Source: Exiguobacterium profundum
Lineage (GTDB): Bacteria > Bacillota > Bacilli > Exiguobacteriales > Exiguobacteriaceae
Direction: 5' to 3' (one strand)
DNA: 32,000 nucleotides
Assembly (NCBI RefSeq): GCF_025234635.1
Contig: NZ_JANIEG010000004.1
Part shown: positions 10,360 through 18,926 of the stretch, piece by piece
How positions within the stretch are numbered: the stretch's first letter is position 1
How the letters are laid out: every line of letters begins with the position of its first letter
Notes under the pieces: generated by a model
What the model saw: the letters and a program-made list of their open reading frames with translations, nothing else
What the model was told of the DNA's origin: nothing
Database searches by the model: none
Program-made: the position numbers and the translations under genes

Positions 10360-10806
10360 TTGCTCAATCGAAAGGAAATGATTCTACGAATTCGTACTGC
10401 TGAAATGAATGATGTAGCTGCACTGTCAGAATTAATGGGAGAGTTGGGATACCCGACTACAGAAAAGCAGATGGCAATCCGTTTGATGAATATTCAACAA
10501 GATTCGAATTATCACACATTTGTAGCGGTGGAAAATCAAGAAATTGTAGGGATGATTGGTTTTTTTAGAGGAGTGTCTTATGAAGTAGATGCATCCTACA
10601 TTCGAATCATTGCTCTTGTAGTGAAGGCATCTCATCAAAAAAATGGGATAGGGGCTTCTTTAGTGAATCATGTTCAAGAGTGGGCACATCAACATGGCAT
10701 AATGAAAATAGCGGTCAATACAGGAAATCGACGAACGGGTTCACACGTATTCTACAAAAAGATGGGCTTTGATGGAACAGGGACAGGCTATTATAAGTCC
10801 ATTTAG
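10360..10806 (+). CDS. GNAT family N-acetyltransferase
   Basis: Acetyl-CoA-binding motif A VVKASHQKNGIGASLVNHV and C-terminal FYKKMGF. TTG start at 10360 lies 6 nt after RBS AAGGAGGG; the ATG at 10378 is an alternative. Confidence 0.88.
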   Translation: MLNRKEMILRIRTAEMNDVAALSELMGELGYPTTEKQMAIRLMNIQQDSNYHTFVAVENQEIVGMIGFFRGVSYEVDASYIRIIALVVKASHQKNGIGASLVNHVQEWAHQHGIMKIAVNTGNRRTGSHVFYKKMGFDGTGTGYYKSI

Positions 10807-10876
10807 TAGGAGATAAAGAAAGCATTTTTCAAATTCAAATTGGAGCAGAAAAAACGATGGAAGGACGTCATATATT

Positions 10877-11211
10877 TTGCCAATCCATGAATTCGATACA
10901 TGGCATCGAGAGTTAGATTTACCAATCTACGTATCAAATCATCCTACATATACGAAGGTTCATGACGAATTGATCCAGGAATTGATGGAGGCGCGTTCGA
11001 TTGTACGTACCTACTATCATTCATACGATCGCCTTCGGTTTGGATTGTGTTATCACGGCATAACCATTATCCCAAACGAATCTTTGCCACATCTTTACGA
11101 GATTGTCATAGAATCACAATCTTCAATCATGCCGAGGAGTTGAATGACTTGGCAACCCTCATTCTCTCAGCTCAACGCGAAGGAATGGATGTAGTTCATT
11201 TTGGTATATAA
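10877..11211 (+). pseudogene. Small hypothetical protein, paralog of 11230-11577, apparently frameshifted near 11115
   Basis: The ORF 10877-11143 aligns with the downstream paralog (HEF..., YHSY, GITIIPNESL versus GITLIPHASL). The conserved C-terminus AEELNDLATLILSAQREGMDVVHFGI* is encoded in a different frame and ends at 11211. Compare ATSELGQLIIKIIKARDEGKDMIHFGL* in the paralog. Confidence 0.6.
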
Positions 11212-11229
11212 AGATATGGGGGGAGTATT

Positions 11230-11577
11230 GTGTCTTATTATCACGAATTTGGAATAATCGATTCCATTCATGGGGAAGAGCTTCATGTGCAGTATATACC
11301 GGAAAGATACGGATGTGTTGTGGTGGATGGGGAAGAAGTGGAGCAATGGATTGAACAGTTAAGTGACATGCGCACATTCTTTCACTCATATCATTGTCCT
11401 GGCCATGGATTGGATGAGTGCGGCATTACATTGATTCCGCATGCATCTTTATCATTCTTTTTTGAAGTCGTGTTGAATAGAATGAACAATCAGGCAACTT
11501 CGGAATTGGGGCAGCTGATTATAAAAATTATCAAGGCGCGAGATGAAGGGAAAGATATGATTCATTTTGGTCTTTGA
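11230..11577 (+). CDS. Small hypothetical protein (intact paralog of 10877-11211)
   Basis: GTG start preceded by GGGGGGAG. 115 aa, no signal peptide or TM segment, no family recognised. Confidence 0.7.
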   Translation: MSYYHEFGIIDSIHGEELHVQYIPERYGCVVVDGEEVEQWIEQLSDMRTFFHSYHCPGHGLDECGITLIPHASLSFFFEVVLNRMNNQATSELGQLIIKIIKARDEGKDMIHFGL

Positions 11578-11592
11578 ATTAAAATGTAAGGT

Positions 11593-11636
11593 AAAACAAT
11601 CCCTCGAACAGATTGAAGTGTTCGAGGGATTGTTTT
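11593..11636. terminator. Bidirectional terminator between convergent genes
   Basis: Perfect 17-bp stem AAAACAATCCCTCGAAC / GTTCGAGGGATTGTTTT with a 10-nt loop. A/T runs on both sides allow it to serve both 11577(+) and selO(-). Confidence 0.85.
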
Positions 11637-11637
11637 A

Positions 11638-13074
11638 TCACGTGCCACAAAACGTTTGATACGGATACGTTCGTGGTGGACCTGCCGATATATATTCAGC
11701 CGGTTTGTCGTAGTTATATGGGTCACGCAAAATGGTGAGTAGTGACTCGGTCGGTCCGAAGTCACCGCGTTCTGCTGCTTGAATCGCTTTTTCAACATGA
11801 TGATTTCGGGGAATGACGGCCGGGTTATATTGGCGCATGATTCGACTGACGTCCTCGTCCGGGAGACCTTGCTCACTCAAACGTTTCTGCCAAGCGTCAA
11901 TCCACGCCTTCCCATCTTCCCGGGTTGAGAATGGGAGAGATTCACTCTCACCAAGCGTCAGCGAACGGAACGTATTCGTATAATCTGCCTCCGTCTCCAT
12001 CATCAAGCGAAGCAGTTCATCCGTTAGCTCATCGTCACCATCTTTTCGGACGAATAGGCCAATCTTATGTGCGAGTCCGGTAAAGTACGCTTCTTTATAC
12101 AACTCGGTATAACGGGTGAGTTGCTTGTTCGCGACATCAACCGCTTCTTCTTTCGTTTCGCCAAGGAGCGGCAGCAACGTCTCCGCCAGTCGGGCGAGGT
12201 TCCAAGACCCGATATATGGTTGATTCGCATAGGCGTAACGTCCCTCTCGGTCGATCGAGCTGAAGACCGTCTCCGGATGATACGTGTCCATGAACGCGCA
12301 TGGTCCGTAATCTAGACCTTCTCCGCTGATGAACATATTGTCCGTATTCATCACCCCATGAATGAACCCGATGAGTTGCCAGTTGGCAATCAGTCTCGCC
12401 TGTCTTTCGACGACGCGTCCGAGGAATTGTTCATAGCGATTCGTTGCATCGATCAAGTCTGGATCGTGTCGTTTGATTGCTACTTCAGTAAGAGCGATGA
12501 CGTCATCGATGGAGCCGGCGCCTGCTGCGAATTGGAATGTTCCGACACGAAGATGACTTGAGGCGACCCGAGTCAGGATCGCTCCATGCTTCGGACCTTG
12601 ACGCATGATGGCTTCCCCTGTCTGAACGACGGCGAGCGCCCGGTTCGTCGGAATGCCGAGGGCGTGCATCGCCTCGCTGATGATGAACTCGCGTACCATT
12701 GGCCCGAGTGCGGCTCGTCCGTCGCCCCCTCTAGAATACTCCGTCGGTCCAGAACCCTTCAGTTGCACATCGACACGCTTCCCGTTCGGAGTCACATGTT
12801 CCCCGAGCATGAGGGCGCGTCCGTCCCCGAGCATCGTCAAGTTGCCGAATTGGTGTCCAGCGTATGCTTGTGAGAAAGACGTCTCTGTTTGACGATTGCC
12901 GGCAAGTAAATCGATGTCTTGTTTGAGGCTTTGCGCATCAAGGCCGAGCGAAGCGGCTAATGGATCGTTAAACAAGACGAGTGTCGGATTGTCGACCGGA
13001 TGGATGGGCCCACGGTCGTAAAAGATGTCACGTAGTTCGAGGTAAGTCGCCTCGAAGTTCCAGTCAGTTGTCAT
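11638..13074 (-). CDS. selO: Protein adenylyltransferase (AMPylase/UMPylase) SelO/YdiU family
   Basis: Motifs AGHQFGNLTMLGDGRA, HGVMNTDNM and DYGPCAFMD, plus the C-terminal TFCGT typical of bacterial SelO. The ATG at 13074 has RBS GAAGGAGG. The ORF-track extension to 13395 overlaps folC and is spurious. Confidence 0.93.
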   Translation of the reverse strand: MTTDWNFEATYLELRDIFYDRGPIHPVDNPTLVLFNDPLAASLGLDAQSLKQDIDLLAGNRQTETSFSQAYAGHQFGNLTMLGDGRALMLGEHVTPNGKRVDVQLKGSGPTEYSRGGDGRAALGPMVREFIISEAMHALGIPTNRALAVVQTGEAIMRQGPKHGAILTRVASSHLRVGTFQFAAGAGSIDDVIALTEVAIKRHDPDLIDATNRYEQFLGRVVERQARLIANWQLIGFIHGVMNTDNMFISGEGLDYGPCAFMDTYHPETVFSSIDREGRYAYANQPYIGSWNLARLAETLLPLLGETKEEAVDVANKQLTRYTELYKEAYFTGLAHKIGLFVRKDGDDELTDELLRLMMETEADYTNTFRSLTLGESESLPFSTREDGKAWIDAWQKRLSEQGLPDEDVSRIMRQYNPAVIPRNHHVEKAIQAAERGDFGPTESLLTILRDPYNYDKPAEYISAGPPRTYPYQTFCGT

Positions 13075-13183
13075 GGCGCATGCCTCCTTCTTCGCTTCGA
13101 GTATAGCACAGACTGTTTTCCATAACGGCTGTCGTGAATTTTGATAAGATGAAACAGAAGTGTAAACAGTAGGAGTGTGGAAG

Positions 13184-14386
13184 ATGAAGACGAGACAAGA
13201 TGTATTCGATTGGTTGAGTGGACAGCTTCGCTTCGGGATCAAACCGGGTCTTGAGCGGATGAGCTGGATGATTGAGCAGTTAGGGTTAGAAGAACGCCGA
13301 TCCATCCATGTGGCCGGGACGAACGGAAAAGGGTCGACCGTCGCGTTTTTACGGGCGATGGCGATGGAGAACGGCTTATCCGTCGGCACATTCACTTCCC
13401 CTTATATCATTCAGTTCGAGGAGCGAATCATGTTGAACGGCGAACCGATTCCGGAAGACGCGCTCGTCGACGTGGCAAATCGAGTCAAAACGTGTGCGGA
13501 CAAAGCACCAGAGACGTTGACGGAGTTCGAACTCTTGACGATGATGGCATGGTGCTATTTTGATGACACACGTCCAGACTTGATCATTTGGGAAGTCGGT
13601 CTCGGGGGCCGTCTCGATTCGACGAACGTATTGAAGCAGCCACTCGCGACGATCGTCACGTCAATTGGACATGACCATCAAGGGATTCTCGGCGATACGC
13701 TTGAAGAAATTGCGCTGGAAAAGTACGGCATCATGAAACGTGGCGTGCCGATGTTCCATAGTATCGAGAAGAAATCGTTGATTGAGTTGTTGCATCAAAG
13801 AGGGGACGATGTAGGTTCTTCCATTCAAGATGTTCGTCCAATCGTGAAGAAGATTGTGGACGGGGCAGAGACCGTCGTGACGTATGAGGATACGCCATCT
13901 GTCGTGCTCGGCTTGACGGGGCATCATCAAGCATACAACGGGGCGTGCGCCGTGGCGGTTGCGCGTCACCTCGGCTGGAGTGATGACGCAATCCGAAGAG
14001 GTCTCGAGCGAGCACGGCATCCTGGGCGGTATGAGCTCGTCTCCAAACGACCGCGTATCATTTTAGACGGGGCACATAATCCGGAAGGCATCGAGGCCTT
14101 GGTTTTACAAGCCAAATATGAGACAGACGTGGCAGTGTTGACGGCGATTTTAGAAGATAAAGACCGTGACAAGATGATTCACGCGCTTCAAGAAATTGGA
14201 GACGTTTACGAAACGACATTTGACTTTCCGCGTGCTAGAACGAAAGCCCAACTAGAGAAAGATGGGGCGCGCTTTGTCGAATGGAAAGCATGGCTACAGA
14301 ATTGGGTCGAGTCGCCGACAAGCGAGACGTTGATTGTGACCGGGTCTCTTTATTTCATCAGTGAAGTGAGACGTTTCCTAAGCTAA
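13184..14386 (+). CDS. folC: Bifunctional folylpolyglutamate synthase / dihydrofolate synthase
   Basis: P-loop HVAGTNGKGST and Mur-ligase-type motifs (EVGLGGRLDSTN, DGAHNPEG). The ATG at 13184 lies 8 nt after AGGAG. Conserved valS-folC neighbourhood. Confidence 0.93.
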   Translation: MKTRQDVFDWLSGQLRFGIKPGLERMSWMIEQLGLEERRSIHVAGTNGKGSTVAFLRAMAMENGLSVGTFTSPYIIQFEERIMLNGEPIPEDALVDVANRVKTCADKAPETLTEFELLTMMAWCYFDDTRPDLIIWEVGLGGRLDSTNVLKQPLATIVTSIGHDHQGILGDTLEEIALEKYGIMKRGVPMFHSIEKKSLIELLHQRGDDVGSSIQDVRPIVKKIVDGAETVVTYEDTPSVVLGLTGHHQAYNGACAVAVARHLGWSDDAIRRGLERARHPGRYELVSKRPRIILDGAHNPEGIEALVLQAKYETDVAVLTAILEDKDRDKMIHALQEIGDVYETTFDFPRARTKAQLEKDGARFVEWKAWLQNWVESPTSETLIVTGSLYFISEVRRFLS

Positions 14387-14478
14387 AACATTTACCTGAT
14401 GTCAAAGAAATAGATGTATATTTTTTCAAGTGGGTGGGATAATTAGTAGTGAAGACTAAAAATAGGGAGGACTATTCA

Positions 14479-17400
14479 TTGCGTAAACTCATGCAATACA
14501 TAGCGGTTCTCGTATTAATCATATCCATTATTCCACAGAGAGTAGTTGCGGAGACCAATCAACCGATTTTAAACGTGTTGGTTCTTCGTGATGCTTTTAC
14601 TGCTTCGAAAGTACTTTCAGTGACTGAATACAATAATGCGGTGAATTCGTATCGTGCTTCACTGAATGTAAATACTGCAAAAGTGAATGCGCAATTCATG
14701 ACAATTAAACAATTTAACGCATCCCGTTTTCCGATGACAGGTGCATTCGATGCGGTCATGATTGGGAGCAGTCCTTTAACTGAGAAATATAAAAATGGGG
14801 CGCTTGTCGTCAACTCGAAAAATCATGACACGACAAATCAATTGAACGATTTGACAGAATTGAAAGCTACGGAACTATTTAATACAGTTGTCCGTGTCGG
14901 CTTGCCGCTTCTGATGCATGAGGATGCTGCGAACGGCGATACACAGTTAAAACGCTTGGCAGCCTATCAACGTGATTATGCGAACGTGAAAGTCTTTAAT
15001 CGAAATGATCAACAGAATGTCGATCGTGAGATGGCGCAGCAGTTGAATCAACTCACCATTTCCCGTCCGAGATTTCAATCAACTGAAGTGAAGTACAACA
15101 ATCAGTCGATTAGCAATCAGACGATTCAAGTAAAAGATGGTGTCCGTCATCCAATCAACTTTGCCTATACTTTATCGCAACCACCAACTCCTTCGGCATT
15201 CGTAGAATTGTATATCGATTACGACCATAACGATCGATTTGATGCGGATGAAAAAGTCATTGAGCAACAGGCAAAAGAATCGGGAACGCTCAATTTCACA
15301 TTATCGCGTCCGACGTTTAGCGGACCGAAGAACTGGATGCTCGTCGTCAAGGATTCGTTGACAGGTCGAGCGGATTATCGTAAGGGGAGTATTCTTTACC
15401 TCGATGAAAAAGTGAAAGCGAACATCTTACAGCTCACTGCAGGAACTGGCACGAACGGAAGAATTTCAAGCTATTTATCTAATATGTTAGTAGACCCGTC
15501 TGGGAATTATGAATTCAATTTAACGGACGGTACAACGAGTCAGTTTGAGGGTGGTACTTATGATCAGGCATTACTCAATAACGACTACGATATGCTGATC
15601 TTTGGTTTCCAAGATTCGTACAACGTTTATGGAAGCATGAATGCTGCGGCCACTGCGAAAGTTAAACGTTTCAGTGAAACAGGACAAGGCGTCATGTTGA
15701 CGCACGATACGATTTTCCGTACGAATAGTTCGTCATCGCCTACGTCCGAGTGGGAACGTCAATTTGTGAATGCCAATCCTTCACTGAATATCTCAGGGCA
15801 AAAAATGTACACGAACATGGGATTTGGTGCTCCTGAAACAACCAATAAGGCAGTCAAGGTACAGGATGGGATTTTCACTTCTTATCCGTATCGCCTCGAC
15901 GATTCGATTAAAAATATCTCAAATACCCATAACCAATATTTCACACTCGATTTGAATGATCCGGATGTGACGCCTTGGTACAACCTGTATTCAACAGGTG
16001 GAAATCGTGTATATGGAGATGCAAACAATCATTACTATACGTATACAAAAAACAATTTCACCTACTCCGGTGCTGGGCACACAAACAAGTTTTCGGTAGA
16101 AGATGAGAAGAAAATCTTCATCAATACGATGTATCGCGCCTTTATCGGAGCAAATCATAAACCTTACAACGTGATTGAGTCCGTCAGTGATTCAAACCAG
16201 TCCTATACTTCTGCTGATTTAAAAGCCGGGTCTGTCGAAGTGACTGCGGGACAAGATGTCAAATTGATGTGGCGGCCGAGCGATTATGACTTCCAAGACT
16301 TGTTCCTCAATTCAACAATCACGTATAACGGGAAACAGGTCGCATTCGATAACTTACGCAACTACGAAGTTAAAGAGTTTACGATTCCGGCAGCGGATGT
16401 TGTCGCAGATCGGCCGATTGAAGTGAAAATCGAGACGTCCGATCAACGGAATGCGAAGGTGATCGATACGTTCACCATCAACGTCAAACGTGCGGAGAAT
16501 GTTTCCGACTTGATTCAAGTGTCCCGTTCGATTGACCCGTCGACAATCAACTTGTACGAAACGGGAACGATTCACTATCAAGTTCAATATCCTGAACGTT
16601 TCGATCGATTGCCGAATCAGTTGGGCGATAAGTTTTTACGAGTGGATTCAACCTCTTTCTCAGAAAAACTGCCAAGTCAACTCGAAGTCGTGGCGATTCG
16701 TGACGCGAACGGAAATGAATATCCTGTCACGAAGCCGAATGAAATCAAGTTACAGTTGAAGCCGGACTTGTACTATGAACGAAATGGGAACACGAACATT
16801 TTCCTTCCGAACGATAGTGGAGACCGGACCGTGAAGTTTGAAGTAGTCGTCCGAGCCATCGAGCCTTCTGCCTCACTCATCCAGTTGAAAAAAGCGGATA
16901 ACCAATTAACGACGTTAATTGAGTATTCGAAGAAGCAAGATCACATTTTAGATAAACTTAACGACTGGGATAAGGAATTAGAGGTTCAATCATCGTTCCC
17001 AGACTTGCTGATCAATATCGGGGCGCCGTATGCGTATGAAGCGAAGATTCCTGACGTCACCTTACAAATTGGGGCACAGCAAATTGTGAGTCCGACCATC
17101 ACGGATGCGAAAGGAAACACCTTTACGAACCCGAAATGGAGTAGCTTGAAGTGGGAAATCGTCGATGCGAGCGGTGTCGCGAGACTCGTCACGCAAGGGA
17201 ACAATGCGATTGTGACCGGTTTGAAAACAGGAACTGCGAAGTTGCGATTGACAATCGATCCGGGCGATAAGAGACCCCTTGTCGTAGCGGAGTCGAAAGT
17301 CAATGTAATCAGTCCACCTGAGCAACTTACTATTCAGTCGAAAGAGTTGTATGTCGGTCAAACGACTACGGTCACACCAAAAATCATGCCCGAAACGGCT

Positions 17401-18213
17401 CAATACAAGTCGGTTCGCTATGTCGTCGAATCTGGGGATAGTGTGAAGTTTGAACAAGTTGGCAACAACTTGAACATCATTGGACTGAAACCAGGTACGA
17501 CTCAGTTTAAGGCGACTGTGGATGTCGGTGACCTCTTCGGTGGCTTGAATATCGCTACTCCGAGCACCGTCTTTACCATCCAAGTCAAGGCACCATCCTT
17601 GAGCCAAACGCCGAGCCAACTCGACCTTTGGGTATGGGATAGTTTGGATGAAGAAAAACGCGTGAACGAAGTCGCCTCGATTCAAGTGACCTCAACACCA
17701 ACCGTATCCATTCCGTTTGAACGAATCGGGTCCATCCCATCTGCTTTGACGGTGACACAAAGTGCGACAGGATATGAATTACGTGCCAACCATGGTTACG
17801 GAAATAATGGTGTCGTGACTGACATTCCAATTCAGACGACATTCGATGACAATGCGTTACGAAACATTCGTTCGAACACGTCGATTGTCCGTGTCAACGA
17901 ATACCCGAACCAATTGATGTCAAAAGACATGACAATCAATATTGGTGAAGGGACGGCACCACGACTACCTCTTCTTGATTACTGGCCTACGACTTCGACT
18001 TGGCGTGACTATCGCATGGAGATTGTATCCGGCGAAGAATATGTTCAAGTGAGTGGATCAGGAAAAGAGTTGATTCCAGTGAAACCTGGTGTGGCGAAAG
18101 TGGAAGTCTACACGACGCTTCCGGCTGGAAAACCGTTTGAAGCCGTGAAGGACACGTTTTATGTACGCATCATCCAAACGAATGCCTCGGGACAGGATGA
18201 TGACCGTTATTAA
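14479..18213 (+). CDS. Large secreted multidomain protein: two alpha/beta (GATase1/ThuA-like, possibly DUF5057-type) modules, Ig-like domains and C-terminal Big_2 repeats
   Basis: Likely TTG start at 14479, 8 nt after AGGGAGG, giving signal peptide MRKLMQYIAVLVLIISIIPQRVVA|ETNQ (the ORF track starts at 14449). It has Big_2-like repeats with VTGLKTGTAKLRL, IIGLKPGTTQFKA and LIPVKPGVAKVEV. There is no LPXTG motif, no prepilin motif and no TM anchor. Spot-counted lines gave 23/60 and 24/60 G+C. Confidence 0.85.
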   Translation: MRKLMQYIAVLVLIISIIPQRVVAETNQPILNVLVLRDAFTASKVLSVTEYNNAVNSYRASLNVNTAKVNAQFMTIKQFNASRFPMTGAFDAVMIGSSPLTEKYKNGALVVNSKNHDTTNQLNDLTELKATELFNTVVRVGLPLLMHEDAANGDTQLKRLAAYQRDYANVKVFNRNDQQNVDREMAQQLNQLTISRPRFQSTEVKYNNQSISNQTIQVKDGVRHPINFAYTLSQPPTPSAFVELYIDYDHNDRFDADEKVIEQQAKESGTLNFTLSRPTFSGPKNWMLVVKDSLTGRADYRKGSILYLDEKVKANILQLTAGTGTNGRISSYLSNMLVDPSGNYEFNLTDGTTSQFEGGTYDQALLNNDYDMLIFGFQDSYNVYGSMNAAATAKVKRFSETGQGVMLTHDTIFRTNSSSSPTSEWERQFVNANPSLNISGQKMYTNMGFGAPETTNKAVKVQDGIFTSYPYRLDDSIKNISNTHNQYFTLDLNDPDVTPWYNLYSTGGNRVYGDANNHYYTYTKNNFTYSGAGHTNKFSVEDEKKIFINTMYRAFIGANHKPYNVIESVSDSNQSYTSADLKAGSVEVTAGQDVKLMWRPSDYDFQDLFLNSTITYNGKQVAFDNLRNYEVKEFTIPAADVVADRPIEVKIETSDQRNAKVIDTFTINVKRAENVSDLIQVSRSIDPSTINLYETGTIHYQVQYPERFDRLPNQLGDKFLRVDSTSFSEKLPSQLEVVAIRDANGNEYPVTKPNEIKLQLKPDLYYERNGNTNIFLPNDSGDRTVKFEVVVRAIEPSASLIQLKKADNQLTTLIEYSKKQDHILDKLNDWDKELEVQSSFPDLLINIGAPYAYEAKIPDVTLQIGAQQIVSPTITDAKGNTFTNPKWSSLKWEIVDASGVARLVTQGNNAIVTGLKTGTAKLRLTIDPGDKRPLVVAESKVNVISPPEQLTIQSKELYVGQTTTVTPKIMPETAQYKSVRYVVESGDSVKFEQVGNNLNIIGLKPGTTQFKATVDVGDLFGGLNIATPSTVFTIQVKAPSLSQTPSQLDLWVWDSLDEEKRVNEVASIQVTSTPTVSIPFERIGSIPSALTVTQSATGYELRANHGYGNNGVVTDIPIQTTFDDNALRNIRSNTSIVRVNEYPNQLMSKDMTINIGEGTAPRLPLLDYWPTTSTWRDYRMEIVSGEEYVQVSGSGKELIPVKPGVAKVEVYTTLPAGKPFEAVKDTFYVRIIQTNASGQDDDRY

Positions 18214-18217
18214 GTGA

Positions 18218-18880
18218 ATGGCAGAAAGTTGGCGAATGATGAATCGCAAGCGAATAATGATTGGCATCACCGGATTGATTCTCGTCATCGGATTGGGAGG
18301 GCTCCTGTACTGGAGTCAATCCCAACCCGAGCTCTCGCAGTTATCCGGTGACGAGTTAGTGAAAGAAGTGAGTCAACGCTCTTCGGTGACAGAAGAAGAA
18401 TTGACAGATTTACAGGCAAGGGAAGAATGGGAGGCCGTCCGACTTGTTTTAGAGGACCAAAAAGTTGTGCCGACAGCCGAACAATTCGCCACAGCAGTGA
18501 CGCTCGCACCTCTAGACGTGATTGAAGCATACTTCGAGCAAGGGATTGACCCGTTCGAGGAAGTGGAAGGGATTCCCGTTATCACACCATTGTTCAGTGC
18601 GAACGGCAGTCCGGATCAATGGAAGTTGGCGATGCGTTATGTTGAAGACGATCGACTTCTTGGCATCGCGGTCGACTCGTTGAACCTTGATGCGGTCAAA
18701 GAACTCCTCGGACAAGGCTATATGATTCAAGATACCGAATCGGTGTTATTGCAGCCAGTCCGTCACAATCAGGTCGAGTTGACGCAACTGCTTCTCGATA
18801 ACGGCGCGCAATGGACGAAAGCAATGGAACAGATGGCCAAAGACTACAACTCGGACCTCATTTTAAAGATGGGGAACTAA
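18218..18880 (+). CDS. Membrane-anchored protein with ankyrin-repeat-like C-terminal region
   Basis: Starts 4 nt after the stop of the giant gene. N-terminal TM segment IMIGITGLILVIGLGGLLYW. Ankyrin-like helices LGIAVDSLNLDAVKELLGQGY and LLQPVRHNQVELTQLLLDNGAQ. The ATGs at 18236 and 18239 are alternative starts. Confidence 0.7.
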   Translation: MAESWRMMNRKRIMIGITGLILVIGLGGLLYWSQSQPELSQLSGDELVKEVSQRSSVTEEELTDLQAREEWEAVRLVLEDQKVVPTAEQFATAVTLAPLDVIEAYFEQGIDPFEEVEGIPVITPLFSANGSPDQWKLAMRYVEDDRLLGIAVDSLNLDAVKELLGQGYMIQDTESVLLQPVRHNQVELTQLLLDNGAQWTKAMEQMAKDYNSDLILKMGN

Positions 18881-18884
18881 AAAA

Positions 18885-18922
18885 ATCGGCTTCTTCTCAA
18901 TCAGAGAGGAAGCCGATTTTTT
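18885..18922. terminator. Bidirectional terminator between convergent operons
   Basis: ATCGGCTTCTTCTC / GAGAGGAAGCCGAT with one G-U pair and a 5-nt loop. Flanked by AAAAAA upstream and TTTTTT downstream. Confidence 0.85.
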
Positions 18923-18926
18923 GAAT

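Noticed and set aside
10360-10806. The GNAT acetyltransferase as the toxin of a GNAT/RHH-type toxin-antitoxin pair.
   Set aside because: No small antitoxin ORF overlaps or immediately precedes it. The upstream gene is a 254-aa lipoprotein. The sequence looks like a generic GNAT.
10826-10844. The short tandem TTCAAATTCAAATT in the GNAT-paralog spacer.
   Set aside because: It has only two copies of a 6-mer in AT-rich DNA. That is too short to call a functional repeat.
10857-10916. A 19-codon ORF (MEGRHIFCQSMNSIHGIES*) upstream of and overlapping the first small paralog. Its SIHG echoes DSIHG in the second paralog.
   Set aside because: The resemblance is explained by local nucleotide similarity (GAATTCGAT / CATGG) in a different frame. 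The main frame aligns with the paralog once a small indel is allowed. There is no independent support for a leader peptide.
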